Source: Amoebophrya sp. A120 (lineage: Eukaryota; Protista; Dinoflagellata). From it: a stretch of 64,000 nucleotides of DNA. Positions 47,486-57,497 of the stretch are shown here, one piece after another. Numbering within the stretch: the first letter of the stretch is position 1; each line of letters opens with the position of its first letter. The notes under the pieces are model-generated. The model was not told where the DNA came from. It saw nothing but the letters and a program-made list of their open reading frames with translations, and ran no database searches. A program made the translations under genes and the position numbers. The DNA lies in contig CAJINV010000019.1 of assembly GCA_905178155.1 (NCBI GenBank), forward strand, positions 564,475 to 628,474, written 5' to 3'.

Positions 47486-50367
47486 ATGTCGTTCTTCATT
47501 TCCCGCCCCACGCCGCCCGTCTCCATGCGGCGCGCCTCGACCCCGAGGCTGATCATCCTGAACATCCGCGACATAGATGCCGCGTGGTGGCAACTCCGGA
47601 ACTTCATCGCGGAGAAGACCGGGACTTACCCCCAAAAGGTCAACATTATTTGGGGCATGATGAAGAGCTGGGCGACGGTGGAATTTGACACGGTGGAGGA
47701 AGCGCAGCAGTGCATTGACAAGTGCGACGAACAGGAATTCCGCGGGGCAATTATCACGGTCCGGCAGGACCGCGAGGACCGGTCGTATCCTCAGTAAAAA
47801 CGTCCCCACCCCATACTTGTCATGCAGATTTGCAGTCACAGGAAGATTTGCAATGCGCATCCGCATAAGAGGCATTTCCAATCGTGTTTTGGACTTTGTA
47901 ATGCTGTAAACAGGATGACTAGATGGATTTGTGTTGCGGCTGTACTTGCTAAACTGCACTACACTACAGAGAGGAACTTGTCATGCTTGACTCCCAAAAC
48001 TTCTCGATTTGTGTTGCGAGATACCCATCTTGACTCTGGGGTGGGGACGTTTTTACTCAGGATAGGTCGCTGGAGATCTTCTGCACGGAGTATTACAATG
48101 AAAAATGCCCCCACCCCCGAACTTGGGAGCATTTGTATTGCAAACCTTTCCAAAAGAAACACTCGCCCTCTTGCATCTATCAGCATCACAGATTTCCAAC
48201 CGTGAATAGCAAAAAGCTGTATTGCAAAAGATCCCAACAATAGCGGCGCTTGTCATGCAAGCGATGCGATATACGCCTAGACTTTGCATCAGAGAGACAG
48301 AGACTCGTACTCCTTTCATGCATGACAAAAAGATTTCATTTGGAAACTTCGCATCACAAATTCTCGCAACTTTGGGGGTGGGGGCATTTTTCACTGCGAT
48401 ACGGAGTGCCGGCAGAAAAGGAAGTGCGCAAAGACCGGGTTCTGGTACCGGCAGAACCAGTGGTATTGCATATCCTGTGTAAAAACGTCCCCACCCCAGA
48501 GTTGTCATGCAGATTTGCCATGACAGGAACATTTGTGATGCGCAACCCCATGACAGGCATTTTCAGTCGTGTTTGGGAACTTGTAATGCTGTAAACAGGA
48601 TCAGAATGTCGATTTGTGATGCGGCTTTCCTTGCTAACTTGCACTACCTTACGGACTGAAACTTGTCATGCGTGACTCCTAAAACTCCTCGGTTTGTGTT
48701 GCAAAATCCCCATCCTGACTCTGGTGTGGGTACGTTTTTATTCAGGATATTGCAGCGACTGCACGGTTTTTGAGGAGTTGCGACGATTCCCCATCTTCGA
48801 CACGAACACGCACTTGGAGTACATTATGGACAACCAGTTTTATTTTCCAGACGAGGAAATTGCGGAGGCTGTTGCAGCTCTCCCTTTGAAAACCACGCCG
48901 AGCTTCTCCGTTATCACCTGCTGCACGAAGCTGGACCAGGTCGAGAACACCCTGCGGCTGGTAAAGAACGGCCGCGGGCACGTGCTGGCCAGCTTCGGAA
49001 CGCACCCGAAGAACGCCCTGTACGATTGGGACGAGAACATGGCGGCCATGATGATGGACGCGGTGGAAAAGTGCAGACGGGAAAACGGAGAAAAGTCTGT
49101 GGTCGCGTGGGGCGAGATACCAAATGCAAAAATGTCTGGGTCTGGAAACTTGTGATGCTGCGCTGGGAATAGTGAATGCTCTGTAATGCACACGCAAGCA
49201 TGAGAAATATCTGCGCTTCTTTGTGTTGCGTTTTTTGCATGACAAACTGCATTTTTGCATGACAGGCAAAAGGGTCTCTTCTTGGACACGCATCACAAAC
49301 TTTGTGGTCATGCCAGACAAGCATGACAGACCTCAAGATCTTCCAGACCCAGACATTCTTGCATTTGATACGAGACCGGGCTGGATTTTGCGGGGTACGA
49401 GCAGCTACCAGATAAGGACTATGTGAAGAACACGATCGAGAAGCAGAAGTTGGCTTTTCTGGAAAACATCGCGATCGCGAAGAAGCTGCGACTTCCTCTG
49501 AAGCTCCACAGCCGCGATTGCGAGAGGCATTTTCTGGAATTCATCGAGAAGAATTTAGAACCAGCCTACCCGTTCCACTGGCACGCGGTGATTGCTTCAA
49601 TCCCGGCGATTTGCCGCTGTTTAGCCCGGTTTTCGAATTGCTACTTCGGCATTTGCGGCGCGGTCTGCTTTCCCTACGCGGACGACTGGGACTTGCCGAA
49701 TCAGCTGGAGGAAGAGTGGCAAGATAGTGCGAATATGCCCGGCAGGGCCGCAACCTTGACTACTTCTAGCAAGAAGCTGAACCTGTACGAGATGGTAAAA
49801 GCCATCCCCCTCGACCGGATGCTGTTGGAGACCGACGCGCCGAATTTCACCACGAAAACTGGCTCGCCCGCGGACGTGCTGGAGATCGCAAATTACGTCA
49901 GCTGGCTGAAAGAGGTCAAAGTGGAGGAAGTGATCCGGGTCACGAGCGAGAACGCCTTCAAACTTTACGGCGTTCGACCGAAGGAGAGAGACGCGGGCCA
50001 TGTAAGAACTTCGGGCGATAAAAACGACGCGCGCATGGATGGACATGAGCAAGCGCAACTTCTGCCGTCCCGCTACGCGCTGGATAAGTGGAAAGAGGAG
50101 AAAAAAAAAGAAGCAGCGGCAGCGGGGGGTGAAGGGAGGGGAATTATGGATTGCGTCGTTGGTTCTAGTCCGTATTCCACTTCCACTACATCGGCGTCCA
50201 CGACCACTGATAGCACGAGACAGCCGCAGGTGATGCAGGTGAAGAGTCTGAAGAGCGGGGGCGATGTGACCAAAATCGGGACCGACAGCATTTTTAACCC
50301 CTTCGGCATGAAAAAGACTTTGCGGACGAAGAAGAGGGGCACTACAGGTGGAACGAGCGCCGGGTGA
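47486..50367 (+). CDS. RRM + CxxC..CxxC zinc finger + TatD-family nuclease fusion; 4 introners
   Basis: RRM (RLIILNI..WATVEFDTVEEAQQCIDKCDEQEFRGAIITVR); CTEC...WYCSDC; TatD motifs DTNTHLE, GTHP, WGETGLDF (rebuilt), LHSRD, HWH, IPLDRMLLETDAP, ENAFKLYG; the true 3' end may extend to 51640. Confidence 0.85.
47786..48064. mobile_element. Introner family C (279 bp)
   Basis: Family C TIRs; direct repeat GGTCG. Confidence 0.92.
48091..48401. mobile_element. Introner family D (311 bp)
   Basis: Family D TIRs; direct repeat CGGAG. Confidence 0.92.
48471..48749. mobile_element. Introner family C (279 bp)
   Basis: Family C TIRs; direct repeat TTGCA. Confidence 0.92.
49118..49370. mobile_element. Introner family A (253 bp), TAC start
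   Basis: Family A TIRs; direct repeat CGAGA; splits the TatD GETGLD motif. Confidence 0.92.
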
Positions 50368-50439
50368 CGCCTTCCTTCCGGAGCGTCCGCTGGGACGGAC
50401 TCGTGTGCGTCGACGAAAAGGACTTTGCCGACGCCCAAA

Positions 50440-51640
50440 GGGCCGACAGCCCACGGAGTCCACGGTGGTCGCCCGAGTGCAGAAATGCGAGGGGCTGACG
50501 CCGGAAGACATTCAGGATGCGGCAGCGGACATGGCGTCGATCGCGGGGGGTTATAGCGTTCACGACAGGGCCGAGTTCGTCAACAATATGCTGTGCTTCA
50601 CCAAATTCCCCTCAGCCGACGCAGCGAAGAAATGCTTTGCAGAGGTATTATTGTCTTGCAGAGAGATGAACTCATCATGCAGCTTTTGCAAACCGGTCGT
50701 AGTCTATCTAATTTCTATTTCTTTTGGTGCTGGCGCGCATGGCAAAATTGCTGTTGTTTGTATAAATGAATTGGAATGAAAAACAAACTCACTCTGTACT
50801 TGTATCAGGGCCAATCCAAGAAGCTCGAAGTGAACGGGCAGACGTTGGATTTCCGAGCGGGTTTTTTTCTTCGATTCCAACGCGATTTATTTTCAGTACG
50901 AGAAGGAATCGCAGTCCCTCATCACGGTGGACTCCAAGGGAAAGATCAAGGAGAATTGTCCCAAACTCCCGTTGAAGCATCTCCCAGCGAGCTGGAAGCT
51001 CGAATGTGGATTGCTGATCAAGCCGAACTATTAAATGCAAATATGTCTGGGTCTGGAAGACTGCAACTTGTGACGCTGTCTCTGGATTCTAAAAGAATCT
51101 GTATTTTTGCATGACCAGCAAAAGGAGTCGAGTTTGTGCTATGCGGAGAGGGCGTCTGTCATGGGGAATACGCATCAGAAAGCCCTCTCGAAATCTGTAA
51201 TGCTAGGCCATGCTGCATAACAGGCATAATGGGTCATGCAAAATATGCATGACAAACTTAGCAATCTTCTTCTTCCAGACCCAGACATTTTTACATTTGA
51301 TACGAACCCGGTGCAAAGTCCGCATCCTGGGGCATCTTCAACCTCGACGGTGGAGGATGGCCAAGCTGGTGCACCACCTGGTAGGTCACCTCCGAATAGC
51401 ACAGATGCGACGTCCACTGGCAACCCGCAGCTGCAGCAAGGTGGTTTGTTGCCAGTAAATGCGACAGGACCAGCTGCTACCTCCGGAAGCACTACTATGC
51501 CAACCAACGCTGTTGATGACCCGAGCACTGCCCCGTCCCCTCTCAGCGCACCCGCCTCAAGTATGCGCAACGCCATGGCCGCAGCGTCGATGGAACAGAC
51601 CCAGTTGACCAAAGCGGGGAGTGGGGGCTGGAGGGAGTAG
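50440..51640 (+). CDS. RRM-like coding exons downstream of TatD (separate small gene or extension of the TatD gene)
   Basis: VVARVQKCEGLTPEDIQD..LCFTKFPSADAAKKCFAE|GQSKKLEVNGQTL; GT-AG introns near 50645-50808; one introner; start unresolved. Confidence 0.45.
51029..51302. mobile_element. Introner family A (274 bp); absent from the paralogous copy
   Basis: Family A TIRs; direct repeat CGAAC; empty site at 58531-58535. Confidence 0.93.
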
Positions 51641-52667
51641 TTTTGGCGGGGCTGGTGGAGATACTAACGATACCAACAGATACGAGTTTTCCAATAACCC
51701 GGTCGAGCAGGAACAACAGCAGCAGATGCTGCATCAAAGTCAATTTGTGCAGCGCGTGCAATTTCACTTGCCTGGGTGAGGATGCTGAAAAATTTGATGA
51801 TCAAAGATCCTTATTCCAGGAGCCTATAGGATATTCGATTTGCGGAACAGATTCAAGAGATACTTCCGAACACAAAGAAATGAATGGGAAGACTATGCGA
51901 GAAACATCAAAAAAGTGACCACGCGGAAAAAAAATGAAATAAACTGGAAGAACCTCCTCTTCCCGCAGAAATCAGTCCGCTGCTACAAAGCAGGCGTCGG
52001 TATGCTTCGACGTCCTTGCGTTCGACGCCGAGTATAGGAGTCTCTTAGGGAAGATCTGGATTTGTAATGTCCGATATTAAAAAGTGGCAATATCACAAAA
52101 TGACCAATCTCGATGGATTCATGGTTCGCCAATTTTCCAGAAATCTGGATAGATTGCTATCCACAAGGTTTTTCTCTGAAATATTTTGACTTCGATATAT
52201 TTTCGCAACAAAAAAGTAGAATCGGAAGGATTTGGGATGAAATAGCAAGCGTGGCCAAGCTTTAGTTCATAAAAAAAAGCACCGGCTGCACTCTTAGAGT
52301 TCCGGTACGCGAGCGAAAATCTATCAAATCTGATCTAAATTTGTTTTTTTTTCGTAAAGAACAAGAATAACTCGAATTGAAACAACTTTTTCGTCAGTCA
52401 GAGACTTCAAATCAAAAATAAAGATTGATTTTCCATCGGTCGTGCCGCTCTTTGACCGGCCTAACCATCTGATTTTGCAAAGGACATTGGCGCCGGGCCG
52501 TTGTCTCTATCTTCCATTTTTTGTTGTACAATAACAATTTTAATAACAATAACAAATACAAGATATTAATATTTTGCGCATCTGTTGACTCACCTGCAAG
52601 TTGTTTGGTGCCTATTAATTTTGTTGCAGAATATTTGTCTTCTCATCATCGGCATTTGAAAATCAAA

Positions 52668-55115
52668 ATGCAAGAACACCAGCAAAATATCTTGGCGCAC
52701 GCTGGTACAGTCGAAGACCTTCATGGGGGAGCGAGTAGTGTCGGCCACGTCACGCAGCCTGAGCAGCATCAGGCTCCTGGAGTGCAGCAGTGTCTGCAAC
52801 CGCAACCGCAGCCTGCTGCTCAAGTAGAGCATGTTTACCACTATCAAGGTAATGCCGAAGGCGTCGGCGAAGCGGCCCCGTTGCTTGTTCCATCTCCTGC
52901 TCCTCTGCAACAGTACCAGCAACAACCGCAACAAGGAGCTGCACAAAATCAGTATTACACCTACCAGGGGACTTCTCCTCCGCGGGGGCCTGCTCAAGAA
53001 CATCCGCAATACTACTATGCCGAAGACGGAACAGCTCACCTTGTTGACGAGCAAGAGGTAGTAAAGCCACCCCGTGGGCGGAACGGGTGTGGATGTCCAG
53101 TGTGGGTGATCATTCTGATCGTCGTCGGGTCGGTTCTTGTGGTCGGCGGTATTATCGCCGTTGTCGTTGCTTGTTTACCGAATTCCATTAACAATAACGA
53201 TAACCCCAACCAGCCGGTGCCGGCAAATCCAACAAATCCAAATGCTCCAAGCCTGCCACCCGGAACAACAAATCCTCCAAGCCCGCCACACGACACAACA
53301 AATCCTCCAAGCCCGCCACCCGACACACCAAATCCGCCACCGCCGCCGGGCCCGCCTGACGGAAATCGCTCGGCTCCGAAACAGCTCAGCAGAATCGTGA
53401 GTAACGACCCAGAGGATGCGGTAGACCTGCCTGCGGTGACGACCCCCAAATTTGGTCCGAAGCCGGCGGCGAAGCCAGCCAATTTGACTAATTCTGGTCC
53501 GTATGGGACGACGACGCAGGCCAACCGGGGAAGCGCGGCGCGCGACACGTGGCTTCGCTGGGTAGCGTATCACGCGCACGAAAAAGATCCGTTCAAGGCC
53601 GGTGGGAGTGCGGATACAATTCTAAACGCTACGGCGACCGAAACCCTGAAGCACCACTTCCGCGAGAACATCACGCAGGACCGCATTCACCTCGCGTACA
53701 AGCGAGTTACTTCGATCGTGCCGTTTGCTGTCAGTTTCTGGCATACTACCTACTACGAGTCCACGAACGGTGTATTCTGGTATTTGAATACCATTTGGGA
53801 TGAAAAGTGGACCATCTCCAAACTGACCGACCAGTTGACAACGGGCACCGCCGAGGCACCGGCGCAACGTACTAGGCCGAAGGACTTGAACACGGTGTGG
53901 AATAGCAGTGTCAAAAGCTGGTCGAGTAGCTGGAACGCACTGGAAGTCAACGCACTCAAGTACCGCTTGAAGGCCCGGTTTGAGGACTTGCTGTCCGTCC
54001 GTGTTCACCACCAAGACATGGATGATTTGTTCCAGCAATACGACCTGGACACCACTGGCATCACGGACGCCGACAGCCCAGCCTGGGTCTCCACGTACTA
54101 CGTACTATCCGAGCAGAAGATGCGCAAACTCGTGATGACAATGTTTTGGGCGCTTGTATTGGCTCGCATTCGCGTGGGACGCAGAATCATGCAGACGAGC
54201 AATGACACGTGGAAGAACCCCACCAGCGGCGCGAAAATATTCAACAATCCCCACTCTGACGGCAACAAAATGGGCATGGGACACTGGGGATTTGACCGCA
54301 CGATCTTCGGCACGCCTAAGATTCTGTATCATTACACCCCCGCAACTTCTCATCGAGCGATCAGAACCTCCGGCACATTGATGCCGGCAGAAACTGCCGT
54401 TGTCGGACCCGGAGTTTACTTCACGAATCTACAGCAAGGTTTATTTAGCCTGACGGAGGTGAAAAAAGAAACGGTCGTTGGAGAAGAGTGCGTCGTGGCA
54501 TTTGATGCGGATGCCCTCAGGGAAAAGCAGAACTTCTACCTTGACCGCTTTCTGGATGTGCGTAGGCGTCAGAATGCAGGCGAGCCACAAGCTCGGTTGG
54601 CCGCTGACTGGCGGAGCCTTGGTGGAGCAGACAATTTGCGAGCTTTCGATGAGTACATGAAGAACACCGGCACCGCAATAATGCCCGAAGTAATGACACG
54701 CGGCAGTCCCTCCGGGGCACAGAAGGAAGCGAGCCTGAGTGACGTACTCGCTCGGCGACAGAAGGAGGTAGCCTGGGAATTGAAGGAAAACTTAAACGAC
54801 GAAGGAACATATCTTCTTGGGCCAACGAACCACTGGCGGGCGCGCAAAAAAGCCGCCTACACAAACGCACGTGGCCGCCGCAATGGCTTTGACATGCCGC
54901 CCGGCCGCGAAAGCGAGGGGGACGTTGTTAACCCGCCCGTCACCGAGAATGGCGGCGAGATTAATTTGTCCACGCTTGACGAGGGCTACGACTTTATCTC
55001 GGTCTGCGGACTCGGTCTGCACACTGCTGGGAACGACGTCGTGTTTCTTAACGAGTGGGTCGCCGCGAAGGAAGGCCGTGCGACTTTGCGAACGCCGAGG
55101 CCAAACCCAAACTAA
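52668..55115 (+). CDS. Intronless single-pass membrane protein: Gln-rich N-terminus, TM, Pro-rich stalk, C-terminal candidate HYD1-type ADP-ribosyltransferase domain
   Basis: TM VWVIILIVVGSVLVVGGIIAVVVAC; ILYHYTPATSHRAIRTSGTLMP....GPGVYFTNL. Confidence 0.7.
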   Translation: MQEHQQNILAHAGTVEDLHGGASSVGHVTQPEQHQAPGVQQCLQPQPQPAAQVEHVYHYQGNAEGVGEAAPLLVPSPAPLQQYQQQPQQGAAQNQYYTYQGTSPPRGPAQEHPQYYYAEDGTAHLVDEQEVVKPPRGRNGCGCPVWVIILIVVGSVLVVGGIIAVVVACLPNSINNNDNPNQPVPANPTNPNAPSLPPGTTNPPSPPHDTTNPPSPPPDTPNPPPPPGPPDGNRSAPKQLSRIVSNDPEDAVDLPAVTTPKFGPKPAAKPANLTNSGPYGTTTQANRGSAARDTWLRWVAYHAHEKDPFKAGGSADTILNATATETLKHHFRENITQDRIHLAYKRVTSIVPFAVSFWHTTYYESTNGVFWYLNTIWDEKWTISKLTDQLTTGTAEAPAQRTRPKDLNTVWNSSVKSWSSSWNALEVNALKYRLKARFEDLLSVRVHHQDMDDLFQQYDLDTTGITDADSPAWVSTYYVLSEQKMRKLVMTMFWALVLARIRVGRRIMQTSNDTWKNPTSGAKIFNNPHSDGNKMGMGHWGFDRTIFGTPKILYHYTPATSHRAIRTSGTLMPAETAVVGPGVYFTNLQQGLFSLTEVKKETVVGEECVVAFDADALREKQNFYLDRFLDVRRRQNAGEPQARLAADWRSLGGADNLRAFDEYMKNTGTAIMPEVMTRGSPSGAQKEASLSDVLARRQKEVAWELKENLNDEGTYLLGPTNHWRARKKAAYTNARGRRNGFDMPPGRESEGDVVNPPVTENGGEINLSTLDEGYDFISVCGLGLHTAGNDVVFLNEWVAAKEGRATLRTPRPNPN
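53241..53347 (+). repeat. 30-bp coding tandem repeat (NPPSPPPDTT-type, ~3.5 units)
   Basis: ACAACAAATCCTCCAAGCCCGCCAC recurs at 30-nt spacing. Confidence 0.85.
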
Positions 55116-57497
55116 GGAATGGCACTCGCATGCGCACGCTCCTTTTTTCTACTTTTTTGCTTCGAGGAATGCTGGCTCTCAAGTTCAATATTGGGCGATA
55201 ACCTGAAAGAAGTAGTGGTGCTAGAAATACTAATAGATTACGGAAGACCTAAGACCCATCGGGAAGGAATATGTGCATATGGTTCACACTCTTTGCGACG
55301 CGGACACGGTGGGACTCTTGGACTTTCTTGCAAGAGGTGCGTGCAGTGCCGCTGCAAAAACTTTTGTTTGGCAGGGAGCTGCCGGCTTGACTGATTTTTG
55401 ATCTGCTGGTGGTGCCACAGCTTGCTGCACATATTGTCAAGGCCCACGAAACGAGAAGTGAGCAAGTTGCAGCTCTCGTTAGGGTTACGACTGCTCCTGC
55501 CGTGACCACCTCTCTCTTTTGATCGACGTGTACGATTTATTTCTGCAGACAGTTGTAGTTTATACGATGGATCTCCGTGGCCGCGTCTTTTTTTATCGAA
55601 AAAAGGAAGTTGCGACGCAGGAGGACCATCAGCAGCCATTCGTAAGTATTGCGACGTCAGAAAATAGAACATCAAGACTAAAAATAAACTCATGAAAGTA
55701 CTGTACAAGTTGCACAACACAAACACACAGCCACATATGTATGATTTTTATCACATGTATGATTTTATTTCATGGACACGCTTTTTCTCGCAATCTCCCC
55801 GAGAGAGAGAGACTCGGGTCTACTATGAGTATGACACAGATAGTACTATTAAGGCTAATCGCTAATGCTTGGTCTCGATCTCGTCACTCACATGCGTGTT
55901 TCTTAGACAGAGTAAGCAACGCGAATCGTAGAGGCCAGGTTCGTTCCGTTCGTGGTGCAAGCAGAGAAATACTACATACGTCCAGGAAACCATTTTTCTT
56001 TGATTTGGAAGGTGCAAACAACACCCAGCGCGGGAGCTTGTGCGACAACTTATTGCGCCACTTTTTGACCTTTTCGCTGGTAATATCTAATATGCAGCTG
56101 GGCCGATGGTACAATTTGTTATGCATTCAGTGGGGTTTCTGTTTCGCACAAGTAGCTCTAGCGCGGGTGTTTGACCTTTTGCTTTTGGGTGGATCTTCCC
56201 CATCAAGGGCATGACGTGACGAAAGACCTAGAGAATCAACAATATTCAAGGATGAGAGATCGATAAAAGCCATATACAAAGAAGGTCTTTGGATGGCATG
56301 GGGCGCTGCTCCGTATGTGATGGATCGCCGCAGCAGCAACCTGATGCATCCCGGCGCTATCCCGCCGCATAAACAGCTGCCCCGCAGAAGTGGACAATGT
56401 ACACCTTTGTTGCGCAGTCTAACTCTAAGGGAAGTTAAAGGAACTGCTGAAGAAGCAGGTATTAGTGGAGAAAGCACCGAATTTTTGAAGACCTGAGGTA
56501 CTCCGCAGGTAGAAGATATCTCGTGGTCCACAACTTGGTCTCGGACCACATCAAATAGATCATGAACATAAATATTTATTACTTAGTCAAAAAAGTAGTG
56601 TAGCAAGAAGGTCCTCTACTTTCAATTTTATGTATGATGAACTTCATCAAGACAACTCTGCTCTACTCCCAGACTCAGCTGGAGCCCCAAGGAACCAACA
56701 CAAGTATCATGGAAAATGCCATACTTACCTTCTCCACTACTTGATCACTGTGCACATGTTCCCTCCGTCCTACCACAGGCATACATGGAGGGAAAACTGG
56801 CTACGGCTCGGGTTTTCGGCGGATAGGTTACATAGCTGCTATCACCTTTGGTTTTGGATCCTGAATGTCCTTAATCGGTACACCTATGCTTTCTCGGTCT
56901 CAGATGCCAACTGTCAAAGTCTGATCAAATCGGTTCTCGCCCTCCGGTCTTACCAGAGGCCTAGAGTGGACGGAGAGAAGATCGGCCATCCTTGGTGCGT
57001 TTCTTCGCCTATGCTTTACGACTGCGCTATCTTTGACACCATGCCCGGGCATGAATAGAAAGAAAGAAATGAAGGAATGAAATTGTTTGATGAAAATGGA
57101 TAATTTCTGATCCATGATCGAAATATATATTCAAGATGGATGAAGATCTTTCTCTTTATAATTTCTATTTTGATGATGAAGATGAGCATAAGAATTCGAC
57201 CCATGCCCGGGCATGGATTGGATCGAATCAATGATTCAAAGATAAATTGCAATTTCAGGGTCTTGAAAATTAATTTGATGTCATGTTCAGGCATGGAAAA
57301 TAAGAAATCATATCCAGATATGAATCAGATCAATGATATCCACCATATGAGAATATTATTTTTCTAGAATAATTTCTTCGGGAGAATGATCATGACAATC
57401 AATGAAGATAGAGATAATCTCGGAATGGATCTCAGAGACCATATAAATCATATCCAGATACGACAAGAAAGTGAACCAGCATATGAAGGGTATCCTT

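Noticed and set aside
2234-49370. Host genes as transposon-disrupted pseudogenes
   Set aside because: Reading frames and conserved motifs are intact on both sides of the inserts, with no other lesions seen, in DUS3, MTP and TatD
2430-51302. Recurring short ORF peptides such as [28 protein letters not shown] and KYRTR in the ORF track
   Set aside because: They are translations of introner TIRs in different frames, not a protein family
55741-57058. Possible LINE reverse-transcriptase remnants (EKVKKWRNKLS, SLIKSVL)
   Set aside because: Short weak matches on opposite strands with no RT core motif; a translated search would be needed
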